Positions 1 through 10,067 are shown, counted from the first letter of the stretch. The stretch: 64,000 nt of DNA from Nitrospirota bacterium (GCA_963737155.1 CAVTRN010000002.1:320001-384000), one strand, 5' to 3'. Notes: generated from the letters alone by a model not told the origin. Program-made: numbers and translations.

Positions 1-27
1 AGCGGCGCAACTGTCGCTGCGACATCC

Positions 28-2547
28 TTGACCGTGGCCAGCAAAGTAAGTGTTGTAGATCCCGAACCGGGCCAAATAGGTCTATCAAGCGTCGCTGCTT
101 CTGCAATTAAAGTTGATTTCTCAAGCGTTTCTCACCTCTTTCACTCATTAGCAGCGTCGTCATTAACGCCAACGGCCGACATCAATACCGATCAGACGCA
201 GGTATCCGTTACGGAAATGTCCACGATGGCGCTCGATAACGTCAATAAGATATTGTGCATGGTCAACCAATCAAGGTATGATGCCATGGTCAACCAGGGC
301 AATTATATCGCGCTGGTAAACGAAGCCCCGTGTGATCCCGCGCAGTCTGACGCGTCTGACGCAGGCCAGTCGGCCGAAGACCCGACGAATTCAGCGAGTG
401 TCCCGGTTTACATGAACTGGACCATAAATTCTTCAAGAGCTGACGACAATTCCCCTGAAGTAGTCAAGTGCTGGATCCATCAGCCTGCAGACGGGCAGAA
501 TCAAAGCGACGCGTACATATATGCGGACGCGGTCATTACCGGCGGCACCTCGTCGGTAAACCCGTACGGTCTTTTCACCATCAACTATGAAGTGTTTCCA
601 GTGACGAATGGTGTGGTTGCAACGACTGCGCATGAGATCGGCACCTTGGAGGCTGTGAGCGATCCCACCTCGAGCCAGGTACTGCTCAAGTATGTTGACA
701 GCCAGGCACAGGGTGGCGGCAACGGTGGTACACAGCAGCAGACCCAGCAAATATCGCTCTCCCGGCAGAACGGCGGTACAGGCGGTGCAGGACACGTTTT
801 GATGACCCAGGTAAGCACGCAGGGCACCAGCACCCTGGAATACAATATTGCTTATGACTCTTCATACTTCTACCGTATGCAGCCGAATACCTCATCGCCT
901 GATCCCATGTGCTTCAACAGAACGCAGTTTAACGACCTCGCATGGTCGTATAATCTCTACGATATGACAGGTACAAGGGTTAATCTAAATTCCGGGTTCC
1001 CCATTACATTTACCCTGGGCGGGGTGCAACACCAGGGCTATATAGGATATTGGGGGCTCTGGACAGACAACGGAGCATCGCTTAGCAACGGCACCACGGT
1101 AAATGTGCAATCCTTCAACAATGGCAATACTACATCCTCGCCGTACACCATATTCGCATCAGGCGGAGAACTTCAAATACATGTGCGGCATCTCATGACG
1201 CTTGGTGATCTGACAAGCATACCGCTTTCCTATTTCATGCAGCCGCCTATGTCGGCCGCAACTAACACCAATCAGCCGGTATCGGCTCCGTCCGGAACAA
1301 ATTATGAGGTGACCTGGAATGGCACGAATTTCATTGAAATAGCGCAAATGCCTCAAAATTGCAACGGAAACTGCACATGGGCAAGCCTCCCGCAGCCCTA
1401 TCAGACACTTGACCTTTCCAATTTGCCGCAGGGATCGCTTAATTTAAATTCCATAAACGGCGGCGGACAGTTCCAAGTACTGCTCAGCAACTGTACAGTA
1501 ACTCCTCAACCTTCAGCAACCGCCCCGGTTTCCGGTCCGACACCAACGGGGACCACGCCACAACCGACGCCCGCGCCACAGCCACAGCCACAGCCACAGC
1601 CTCAAGTCACTGTGTGTGACCCCCCGACGAACGCATCTCAGGTCATTTATTATGACCAAAATCTTGTATATCCTGGCGATACGACAGTGCCGACCACGCT
1701 TGTCGGCTATCAGCAGACCCCCATCGCGACAGCGTCGGGTGTCGATCCGTCAAATCCGTTCGGGAACAGCAATATCATGACCGCGCAAACTAATACGCCC
1801 ACGGTCTATACCTTTGACACGACGCGTCTCATGCTGGATTATAATGGATACGACGTTGTTATGACGGCAAACGGGACGAATGCCACTACTCAAAACGGGA
1901 TCATGAGCGGTCCGCTCTTCGACCCCAATGCTGTAGACATCTCCACGGGCGAGACGTATTCCACGCTTCTGCTTTGCCCCTGGAGCACAGCGCAGAACCC
2001 GCAGGTTTGTGGCTGGCAGGCCCAAGGTGTGCTGCCGGTATATTATACTTGGGAGACGGGGCCGAATAATTTCAACCAGTTCGTCACGGTCTCTGATCCA
2101 ACCGGGTCCATGATAAAATTTGATCCGCCTCTTAATGTCAACTATACATCAAACGGCACAACCTATGTGCTAGAGTATGATGGTGCCGGCCAGCTTAACG
2201 GCATCCCGAGCGAATGCATTGATTTGAATACCGGTCAGGAAGCCGACTGTTCGTTGTCCAATAACTCGATATCCATCGTTTGGGTACCGCAATTTACGAT
2301 ACCTGAATCAGATAACGGGATAATGACAACACTCACAAACGGGAATACTGAATATTATGTTCGCCCGTTACAGGTTGAGCAACTGATGATCAGTGTGCCC
2401 TCAACCAATTGTGCATCACTGGCAACGACAGATTTCAGTCCCTATACACTTCCTGATATCTCGATTTGGGTAGATCCTGTAGCATATAACGGTGCTGAGC
2501 CAACAGTAACGAGCGCACCCGCCGTCATAGGAGGCGTAGTTCAGTAA
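28..2547 (+). CDS. Large secreted/surface hypothetical protein, probably 5'-truncated by the window edge
   Basis: 839-aa ORF, open back to the window start. T/N/S/Q-rich with scattered Cys pairs and a (PQ)n linker at about 1570-1605. Followed by a strong hairpin. Confidence 0.8.
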   Translation: MTVASKVSVVDPEPGQIGLSSVAASAIKVDFSSVSHLFHSLAASSLTPTADINTDQTQVSVTEMSTMALDNVNKILCMVNQSRYDAMVNQGNYIALVNEAPCDPAQSDASDAGQSAEDPTNSASVPVYMNWTINSSRADDNSPEVVKCWIHQPADGQNQSDAYIYADAVITGGTSSVNPYGLFTINYEVFPVTNGVVATTAHEIGTLEAVSDPTSSQVLLKYVDSQAQGGGNGGTQQQTQQISLSRQNGGTGGAGHVLMTQVSTQGTSTLEYNIAYDSSYFYRMQPNTSSPDPMCFNRTQFNDLAWSYNLYDMTGTRVNLNSGFPITFTLGGVQHQGYIGYWGLWTDNGASLSNGTTVNVQSFNNGNTTSSPYTIFASGGELQIHVRHLMTLGDLTSIPLSYFMQPPMSAATNTNQPVSAPSGTNYEVTWNGTNFIEIAQMPQNCNGNCTWASLPQPYQTLDLSNLPQGSLNLNSINGGGQFQVLLSNCTVTPQPSATAPVSGPTPTGTTPQPTPAPQPQPQPQPQVTVCDPPTNASQVIYYDQNLVYPGDTTVPTTLVGYQQTPIATASGVDPSNPFGNSNIMTAQTNTPTVYTFDTTRLMLDYNGYDVVMTANGTNATTQNGIMSGPLFDPNAVDISTGETYSTLLLCPWSTAQNPQVCGWQAQGVLPVYYTWETGPNNFNQFVTVSDPTGSMIKFDPPLNVNYTSNGTTYVLEYDGAGQLNGIPSECIDLNTGQEADCSLSNNSISIVWVPQFTIPESDNGIMTTLTNGNTEYYVRPLQVEQLMISVPSTNCASLATTDFSPYTLPDISIWVDPVAYNGAEPTVTSAPAVIGGVVQ

Positions 2548-2567
2548 AATTTCAACATAGTAATTAG

Positions 2568-2607
2568 ATAAAGCTCCTTCATGGAATCTCATGAAGGAGC
2601 TTTATTT
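2568..2607 (+). terminator. Intrinsic terminator-like hairpin
   Basis: 16-bp perfect inverted repeat ATAAAGCTCCTTCATG / CATGAAGGAGCTTTAT just after the stop at 2547. Confidence 0.75.
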
Positions 2608-2626
2608 GTCAAATACGAAGCAGAAG

Positions 2627-2740
2627 AGCACAGGCATTAGCCCGTGGATGAATGCGTCCCTTTTGTTTCTCTACCATTCGGGGGAGTTAGGGGGTGCTTT
2701 TGTCGTTTTATACCCACGGGCTTATGCCCGTGGCACTTTG
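2627..2740. mobile_element. PATE/REP-like remnant with IS200/IS605-type subterminal hairpins
   Basis: Perfect hairpin CCACGGGC-TTAT-GCCCGTGG (2714-2733) and a degenerate copy CACAGGCATTAGCCCGTGG (2629-2647), with no transposase between them. Confidence 0.5.
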
Positions 2741-3430
2741 ACTCAGGTTGCCCAACATATAGAATCACTGGTTATGAACGACTAACCCCAAAGCCTTTTT
2801 GAATTTGAGACTCGATTTGTGACAGGAGAAGCATGCTACAGCTATTTGATTCACTTGCACTGGCCGAATGGATGCAATGCTACCAACTCGAAACGATATC
2901 AAAAAAACACGCAAGAAGAAAAAGCGAAACACCTCTTCGGAATAGGCTGCTATCGCGCACAATAAAGTCATAATCATGACAATGAAACGGCCATAACAGG
3001 TAGCTTCATCTTTACGAAGGCCGCTAATATAGACTTCTTTTTATAGTATGCATGGCTTTTGATGTTCTATGAGCAGTCTTTTTCTTGCCATTTCGAGCTT
3101 TTCTATAAGTACATCAGGCTTAAATATCCTATCTTTCTGGATATTTCATTACTTTTAGAATCAAGCACAATTACAGTAGGTTTTGCCGTTACACAAAATC
3201 TCATAAACTGATCTGAATCTACGCCAACGCCCGATTCATATTTAATTGGGATAAAAAGTAATTTTATATAGTCCTGAACACTTTGAGTGTCAGACACACA
3301 TATTTGTTAAAGCAATTTATTTGCTGCAACTTTTGGACTGCTGACTTTTGTGATTTCCTCAGAAAGTGTATAATAAAGATAGGAGTATTTTTGCAATGTT
3401 TCCCATTTTATGGACAAGGAGGTGGTTGAA

Positions 3431-3808
3431 ATGTTGGTAAAAGCATCCAACGCAGAACTCAAGCATTTTACAAACCCTGATGAGGTGAGAACGTTTCCAA
3501 AAGGAAAGCTGGAGCTCATAAATATCGGAGGAGCCGTGATCGGTCGGGCGATATTCGAGCCGGGCTGGAAGTGGTCGACTTCCGTTCAGCCACTGGCCAA
3601 GACAAAGAGTTGCGAAGCGCCCCATTTTCAGTATCATGTGTCGGGAACGATCATTGTAAAGATGGATGATGGAACGCAGATCGAATGCAAGGCCGGTGAT
3701 GTGTCTCTGCTGCCGACAGGACATGACGCATGGGTGGTTGGTAATGAACCAGCTGTGGTAGTGGATTTTCAAGGGATGGTCGATTATTCACTGAAGCAAG
3801 CAGCATGA
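3431..3808 (+). CDS. Cupin domain protein
   Basis: AAGGAGG RBS before ATG 3431. Motifs FEPGWKWS, CEAPH and GHDAWVVG. Confidence 0.85.
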   Translation: MLVKASNAELKHFTNPDEVRTFPKGKLELINIGGAVIGRAIFEPGWKWSTSVQPLAKTKSCEAPHFQYHVSGTIIVKMDDGTQIECKAGDVSLLPTGHDAWVVGNEPAVVVDFQGMVDYSLKQAA

Positions 3809-3893
3809 TTTATCAGGAACCAGAGCGAACACTGTGCAAGGCGACGGGACTCTATCTAAAAACCAAAAAACAACTAAGAGGGAGGTGATGACC

Positions 3894-4058
3894 ATGGCAG
3901 AGAAATTAAAAAAAATTGAATGCGACCCTAAATGTGGCTTTCTGGTACGAAGCCATGATGAAAAGGAAATCGTGGAGATTGCTACACAGCATGCAATAAA
4001 ATCGCACAAAATGGCTATCACTGAAAAAGACGTTAAAGGTATGATGAAAGATGCATAG
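3894..4058 (+). CDS. DUF1059-type small metal-binding protein
   Basis: GGAGGTG RBS. C-x3-C-G-F ... H-A-x3-H pattern. Confidence 0.8.
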   Translation: MAEKLKKIECDPKCGFLVRSHDEKEIVEIATQHAIKSHKMAITEKDVKGMMKDA

Positions 4059-4082
4059 ACCAGAGGCCAGCAAGCTAAACCA

Positions 4083-4117
4083 TACTAATGGGCTTGGTGA
4101 TTCCAAGCCCATTAGTA
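4083..4117 (+). terminator. Terminator-like hairpin
   Basis: TACTAATGGGCTTGG / CCAAGCCCATTAGTA perfect inverted repeat. Confidence 0.65.
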
Positions 4118-4443
4118 TATTAAAACCGTTTACATGTGTATTTTTAGAACAATAGTGTCTCAACACAGTGCATGTAGAGCGTGAGTTTGATCGTCGTTGA
4201 CGCATTTTCCAAGTAGCATACCGCAATGGTTTTTTTCACGCGCCGGTGCGAGCTAGGTGTAATTGAGAACCGCTTGGTTCTTAAAGAATTATAATTACTG
4301 ATAGTAACCTGAAATGCATATTTCATTGAGGACGATGGATGGACTTAACGGTGGGACCTTGATTCAAAAATGTCTTGCCATCATTCTGCCAATGGGCTAT
4401 AGTTACTGCTCAAAATACTAATCTTCTTCACTGGAGGGCATTT

Positions 4444-4731
4444 ATGGCAAAGGCAATGACGAAATCCCAATTGATAGCAAAGGTAGCGGAGAAGGCATCA
4501 CTTACGAAGAAGGCAGCAGGTGAGATATTAGACTTCATCGCTGAAACAGCTTACAAAGAAGCTAAGAACTCGTTCACGATACCCGGACTCGGCAAGCTCG
4601 TTCTCGTTCAGCGCAAAGCTCGGATGGGAAGAAATCCTGCCACAGGCGAGACTATCAAGATAAAGGCAAAGAAGGTAGTCAAATTTCGAGTAGCCAAAGC
4701 CGCCAAGGATGCGATCCTCGGCACAAAGTAA
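4444..4731 (+). CDS. hup: HU family DNA-binding protein (intact copy)
   Basis: MTKSQLI...IPGLGKL...RKARMGRNPATGETIKIKAKKVVKF. GGAGG RBS. Confidence 0.92.
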   Translation: MAKAMTKSQLIAKVAEKASLTKKAAGEILDFIAETAYKEAKNSFTIPGLGKLVLVQRKARMGRNPATGETIKIKAKKVVKFRVAKAAKDAILGTK

Positions 4732-4758
4732 CCAAGTCTTTCTACTCTCGACACCACC

Positions 4759-4792
4759 AAGCCCATTCATCATCGAGTGGGCTTTTCTTTTC
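4759..4792 (+). terminator. Intrinsic terminator
   Basis: AAGCCCATTC...GAGTGGGCTT hairpin followed by a T-rich tract. Confidence 0.7.
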
Positions 4793-5058
4793 TCCGAGCA
4801 ACAAAAAAAGAGAGTGATGACCATCTCTGCAGGTGGTGCCCTGAAGCACTCTTATTGACTTTCTCATGCGTAGATATTGAGCTGGGCATGGTGGATATGC
4901 TTTAATTAAGGACTCATGATGCCGGCAGCGATAAATTACGGATAACTGGTTAACGTATTCTTGTAACGTCTTGAGTCGTCTCTGCCTGGACATGGTCAAC
5001 AATATTGTGAAGTTTTCAGGATTCGCATTCCCTGATTATAATTGACAGGAGGTACTCT

Positions 5059-5550
5059 ATGTCAACAGACGATAAAGGAGCTATTGGGCCGGACGCTTTG
5101 ACTGGCGAATATGTTGCGATCGATTATAAGGCGCTTGGGTCCAAAATCAAGCACGTTCGGGATACTGTTACTCAGGCGGACTTCGCCAAAAAATTCGGCA
5201 TAACGCGGGCTGAGGTCAGCAAGATCGAGCGCGGTGAAGTCCGGCCGACTGCCGAGCTGCTTTATAATATTTGCTTGAAGTATCATCTCAGCCTTGAGTG
5301 GATATTGTCCGGTCACGAGCCCGCACCTGAGTCCGCACCTGAGTCCGCACAGGAAGAACTTTTTAAAGAAGAGACTGTAACAGCTGCGCTGGTCAAAGAG
5401 GATCCATCGACAGCGTGCGCAATGCCAATTCTTGAAATAACCGATATAATCGAATGGTTCAGGCTGCACCCGGAAGACCTGTGCTTGGTCAATAAGATGA
5501 TTCAGGGCAAGAAACTTATGCTGGATTCAATGAAGGAGCTGGAGAAATAA
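5059..5550 (+). CDS. XRE-family helix-turn-helix regulator
   Basis: TQADFAKKFGITRAEVSKIERGEVRP ... LSLEWIL. AGGAGG RBS. 12-bp tandem duplication encoding (PESA)2. Confidence 0.85.
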   Translation: MSTDDKGAIGPDALTGEYVAIDYKALGSKIKHVRDTVTQADFAKKFGITRAEVSKIERGEVRPTAELLYNICLKYHLSLEWILSGHEPAPESAPESAQEELFKEETVTAALVKEDPSTACAMPILEITDIIEWFRLHPEDLCLVNKMIQGKKLMLDSMKELEK

Positions 5551-5884
5551 CAGGGAAGTTACTCCCTCTTGTTCACCGGTGACCTGTCCCCGGGTATTGT
5601 ACTAGATGCTGATTTCATTTTGTATCATTGTATTTTATGATAAATTATTCCGTTAGTATCTACATTCTGTATCATGGGACTTGCTTTTTATCGCAACGAG
5701 CCATACTTCATCTCGAAAACAGCACGGCGGATAAGCGTCATAGGAATTGACCGAAAAGTTCTCAAGCATTAATATTTTTAGTCCTTCGAGAATGAGTGTG
5801 GACGCACTAAAATATAGCATAGAGGGGAAAAAGTAAATCCCAGTAATTAAGCAAGCCGGGAGCTTAGGGTGTTGTACGATGCGG

Positions 5885-6210
5885 CTTGAAATTTATTTAG
5901 AAGCTTCTCTGATTTCCTCTACACGAACTTGATCCGCTCGGCAACCGAGAGACCTTTCGTTTCTTCGTAATGCTGGTCCGTGATCTTGCGAACCATTTCA
6001 CCTGTTTTAACCGGCATGGGCATGTACCTCCCGTAGGGAATAAATGGAAACCGGCTTGTACCCAATCGCGATGTTCACGGCATAGAATGCTTGTATTTTT
6101 TCAAAATGAACAATATTCTTGAAGTTCCAGCTTACGACCCTGTCCGCACCCGCGACAGTAGCGATTGCAATATGCCTGGCATCATCACGATCGTTGCGCG
6201 TCAATATACG
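5885..6210 (-). pseudogene. Decayed PIN-toxin / small partner gene pair
   Basis: C-terminal PIN-like DARHIAIATVAGADRVVSWNFKNIVH with no N-terminus. Downstream EMVRKITDQHYEETKGLS..ERIKFV* is interrupted by a stop. Confidence 0.55.
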
Positions 6211-6325
6211 GTGTTTGTCACTTTTTAATGTGAGTCTCACGCTCGCAGAAGCACATCACGGGCAAGTTACCCTCAAATTGATCAAAATATCAGCTCGAAC
6301 TGGTTTTGATCTGTTCAGTCCGCGC

Positions 6326-7180
6326 TCACGGCGTATAGTACTTGCCGTTTACTTCATCTCCAATGATAGCAAAATTCGCCGTTGATGTTTCAAGTGGATC
6401 GGATTTCCATGAAAAACCGATCGATGGAACTTCAACCGAGGCCTCAAGCTGAGCTATGGCTTTGAAGCCATCGACACGGAATTGTTTCTGAGAATCGTCG
6501 TAGCTGAACTTCTCGTTTGTTGCTTTCCACACGATACGCAAGTCCATTCTAGCAGGTATTGTTTCTGCCTTGAACTGCGGCCATTTTGGCTGGTCTATTA
6601 TTTCAATCCCTTTCATTTGCAGTACCGCCGAACGTCCATCATTGCTAAAAGTGACTCCTCCTTCGGCTACAGGCACAACCCAGTAAAGGCCACACGGTCC
6701 GACCGGAGGATGAAAATCATGCACCTGATTCGCAGGGGCCAACTGCCCCTTGAAGAGGGTCACTCATATATGTGCGAACGTCCCATTTTGAGCGGTTCTC
6801 CCCGTGTAGTACTCACCCTGCATGATATCGTTATCCGTTGTAGGATTTCCAAAGGCAAGGCGATTGCCCTTGTTATCAGTGCCCATGCCTCTAAAATCTG
6901 CACATCGGGCGACCTTGCCTTTGAAATGATAAATGTGCGATGGCTCCGTGGTAGGACCAGCTGGCTGGTTGTGACTGCCGTTCTTATCAAGCCAAGGAAT
7001 GGGAAAGGGGTAATTACTTCCATCGTAAACGAAAGGTTCTTTTTCGACTTCGTTATGTTTACCCGTCGCATCAGCATGGTTTGGAATTTGAAGCGCTGAC
7101 GCTGCCGCAAGTATCGAGCCAGAAATAAGAAAACGTCGCCTACTGAACTCGAAATTGGATGACAAAAATTCTTTTTTCAT
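6326..7180 (-). CDS. Tat-exported hypothetical protein with in-frame TGA at 6766-6764; candidate selenoprotein of about 284 aa (otherwise two abutting ORFs)
   Basis: SRRRFL twin-arginine signal with ADA cleavage site. ORFs 6764-7180 and 6326-6763 are in one frame, separated only by TGA. A SECIS-like hairpin follows. Confidence 0.7.
6734..6750 (-). promoter_or_regulatory. Putative bacterial SECIS element
   Basis: mRNA UGA-GUGACCCUCUUCA-AGGGGC-AGUUG-GCCCCU: 6-bp perfect stem, 5-nt loop with G then U at loop positions 2-3, 19 nt between UGA and the loop. Confidence 0.6.
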
Positions 7181-7257
7181 GTTAACCTCCCTTTCTGTAG
7201 TCCTCGTTAGAAGAAGCTTCTGCCAAAGTAATGCAAATTAGGCTTTTTGATTTCAGT

Positions 7258-7387
7258 ACCGTTCCTGAAACCATGTATTTTATTTCCATATACTAGGACG
7301 GCAGCCGAACAGGGCTGCTGCCGGTTAACGTCAAGGCGCATGCCTCTGATGTAGCAGAACAGGTTAAACTACCGAGTTTAAGGAACC
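7258..7387 (-). mobile_element. 130-bp non-autonomous miniature derivative of the TnpB element at 18658-20538
   Basis: 7350-7258 matches 20445-20538 with 4 substitutions and 1 indel. 7387-7360 resembles the element left end. GGT at both junctions. Confidence 0.8.
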
Positions 7388-7423
7388 CATAATGAAGGTA
7401 AAAGATACTTCCTTCCTGCCCTC

Positions 7424-8254
7424 CTATTCCGCAAGTGCAACGGTGGTTTCGGATTCCTGGGAACGCATCTGCTCTTCCATTACCATATGGGTGATTACCT
7501 GCTGAAGACTGAGGAACCATGGTGAGGTCGTATCTCGTGAATGAGGAAATCTCACTTCAACAATCTTTTTCACCGTGCCTGGCCGATTGGTCATGACGAC
7601 CACACGGTCAGCGAGGTAAATGGATTCCTGTATGCTGTGGGTGACGAAGATGATGGTCTTTTTGAATTCCATCCAGATGCGAAGGAGTTCATCCTGCAGC
7701 ATACTGCGAGTCAAGGCATCCAATGCGCCGAAAGGTTCATCCATTAGCATCATCGGTGAATCGAGCGCGAGGGCTCGGGCAAAGGCTACCCGCTGACGCA
7801 TTCCCCCCGACAAGTCCTTAGGATACCGGTCACGGAAATCCGAGAGTTGCAGCTTGTCCAAAAACGCATCGACCTTTAACCTGACAGCGGCCTTCGGCAA
7901 GCCTTTGATCTTCAATCCAAATGCCACATTCTCATCCACATTCATCCATGGGAACAGCGCATACTCCTGAAAAACCATGGCGCGGTCCGGCCCCGGAGCG
8001 GCGACCTCTTTGTTATTGGCGATCAGTCTTCCTGACGTAGGGAGAGAGAAACCGGCAATGGCATTTAAAAGGGTCGATTTGCCGCAACCTGATGGTCCGA
8101 GGATGCAGATGAACTCACCACGGTGGATGTCCAGATTGAAATCCTTAAGCGCAACAATTTCCCGGCCTTCGGAACGATAAACCTTGTTGACTTGCTCGAT
8201 TCTGACGATTGGCTCGTTAGCAGCGCTCATTCTTCCAGTTAACTCCGTAAGCAT
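7424..8254 (-). CDS. NitT/TauT (sulfonate/nitrate/taurine-type) ABC transporter ATP-binding protein
   Basis: Walker A GPSGCGKST, signature LSGGMRQR, Walker B LMDEPFGALD. Confidence 0.93.
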   Translation of the reverse strand: MLTELTGRMSAANEPIVRIEQVNKVYRSEGREIVALKDFNLDIHRGEFICILGPSGCGKSTLLNAIAGFSLPTSGRLIANNKEVAAPGPDRAMVFQEYALFPWMNVDENVAFGLKIKGLPKAAVRLKVDAFLDKLQLSDFRDRYPKDLSGGMRQRVAFARALALDSPMMLMDEPFGALDALTRSMLQDELLRIWMEFKKTIIFVTHSIQESIYLADRVVVMTNRPGTVKKIVEVRFPHSRDTTSPWFLSLQQVITHMVMEEQMRSQESETTVALAE

Positions 8255-8260
8255 GTTCTT

Positions 8261-9109
8261 CTATTCGCCCGTTTCAATGCTCCGACGCCAGCGAAGCAAG
8301 TAATTGTTGATCCGGCTCATGACCGTGTCGATGGCCAAACCCAACATGCCGATAGTAATCATCCCGGCAATAATCTTGTCTGACCAGAAATATTCCCGAG
8401 CCTCAATGATCCGGTAACCCAGACCGTTATTGACTGCAATCATTTCGGCAACAATTACGCAGATAAATGCCACGCCAATTCCTACGCGCAGTCCGGTAAG
8501 AATTTGGGGCATCGCTGCTGGTACGATGACCCGGACAAAAAGCGTCTTTTTCCCGGCCCCCAGGTTCTGCGCTGCGCGTATGTAGATCGCATCTACATTC
8601 CGGACTCCGGATATTGTGTTCATGAGCACAGGAAAGAATGCGCCGAGACTGATGAGAAAATATGCCGGCGGGTTCCCCAACCCAAACCAGAGTATTGAAA
8701 GAGGAACGTATGCAATGGGGGGGATCGGCCTCAAAATCTGTATGAGGGGATTAAAAAGACGATGGACTCTTTCGAAGTTCCCCATCAGAAGTCCCAGGGG
8801 CAGTGCCAGACCGGCGCCGATAAGGAAACCGATAAGCACCCGGAGAAAAGTTGCAAACAGATCGCTGGGAAGCTCTCCTGAAAATATCCATACTAAATAG
8901 GTCATCTGTTTAGGATCGAAAGGCTCAAGAGGGCGGGCATACGCTATCCATCGTGAAAACACCTGAGTTGGGGCAGGAAGGGCCTGAGGATTGAACACTT
9001 GATTTCGGGACAGCAATTCCCAAACGACAAGAATTCCAACAGGAATGATGGCCGACTGAATGATCTGCCTGATCATTTTTGCCACCGATTGTTTTTGTTT
9101 ACCTGGCAT
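8261..9109 (-). CDS. NitT/TauT ABC transporter permease
   Basis: RPIPPIAY, EAA-type loop IRAAQNLGA, multiple TM segments. Confidence 0.93.
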   Translation of the reverse strand: MPGKQKQSVAKMIRQIIQSAIIPVGILVVWELLSRNQVFNPQALPAPTQVFSRWIAYARPLEPFDPKQMTYLVWIFSGELPSDLFATFLRVLIGFLIGAGLALPLGLLMGNFERVHRLFNPLIQILRPIPPIAYVPLSILWFGLGNPPAYFLISLGAFFPVLMNTISGVRNVDAIYIRAAQNLGAGKKTLFVRVIVPAAMPQILTGLRVGIGVAFICVIVAEMIAVNNGLGYRIIEAREYFWSDKIIAGMITIGMLGLAIDTVMSRINNYLLRWRRSIETGE

Positions 9110-10067
9110 TTAGCTCCTTCTTGGCTTTATCGAGTAAATCGAGCCTGACGTAGTCCTTTGCAACGGGTGGTTTCGTCATTTTCGCAATACCATACTTGAC
9201 CATCATGTCTGTCGAAATTTGTACCTGTGCAAGTGTGACATCATAGGTAAATGGCGAATTTTCGATGGCTTGTCGGTAGTCTTCGCTCGAGAGCTGACCC
9301 TTGAACATCTTATCCCGAACATACTGTTCAGCAACATCCGGATGTTCTATAAAATATTTTGTTGCTTCAACGAAGCATTTCATAACCCGTTCAGCAACAT
9401 CACGCCGCGTGTTATACATTTTTTCAGTCATGATCAGAGTTCGAACCGGCTCTCCAAGCGGCGTATCATAGGGTTTGATGATCTCAACGCCATAACCCTT
9501 GCTGATGGCCTGCGAGGACTGGGGTTCCGATTGACTAATGGCGTCAACGTTCCGGGAGAGAAGAGCCTGGTTAAGGTCGGCATAGGCCATGTACTCGATC
9601 TGTACATCCTTGCCCGGGTTCACAGAATAGGTCAAATTATATTTCCCTAATTCGGCAAGAAGGACCAGTTCCTGAGCGCCACCACGGGGCACTCCTACCT
9701 TTTTCCCCTTGAGATCGGCGATTGAATGCCATTTCATGTTGGAGCGTCCGACTATCCGCGCACCTCCACGGGCAAATCCTGCCACGATATAGATCGGGAC
9801 ACCTGCAGCACGGGCCGCAATTGCACCGTCGATAGCACTCGCCGCGATGTCAATGTCACCTGCGATGATTGCCGGCATAATATCGATCCCCTTGGGAAAT
9901 ATGCGCTCCTCTATCCTGAGATTGTACTTAGGCGCGATCTCCTTCATATACGATACAGTCCCGTAATGGGCGAACTTGAGGTTTCCGAGGCGGACCAAAT
10001 CTTCAGCATAAACTGATGAACTACACCAGACCATTACCCACAGAAATATTGCCGCAATCTTTTTCAT
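9099..10067 (-). CDS. NitT/TauT ABC transporter substrate-binding protein (SsuA/TauA-like)
   Basis: Signal peptide MKKIAAIF..VYA. SIADLKGKKVGV motif. GGAGG RBS. Confidence 0.9.
   Translation of the reverse strand: MKKIAAIFLWVMVWCSSSVYAEDLVRLGNLKFAHYGTVSYMKEIAPKYNLRIEERIFPKGIDIMPAIIAGDIDIAASAIDGAIAARAAGVPIYIVAGFARGGARIVGRSNMKWHSIADLKGKKVGVPRGGAQELVLLAELGKYNLTYSVNPGKDVQIEYMAYADLNQALLSRNVDAISQSEPQSSQAISKGYGVEIIKPYDTPLGEPVRTLIMTEKMYNTRRDVAERVMKCFVEATKYFIEHPDVAEQYVRDKMFKGQLSSEDYRQAIENSPFTYDVTLAQVQISTDMMVKYGIAKMTKPPVAKDYVRLDLLDKAKKELNAR

Noticed and set aside
2765-3400. CFSCH (CxxCH) in a short ORF and thioredoxin-like fragments on the minus strand
   Set aside because: Too fragmented to call. Possibly decayed cytochrome and thioredoxin genes, but not supportable by eye.
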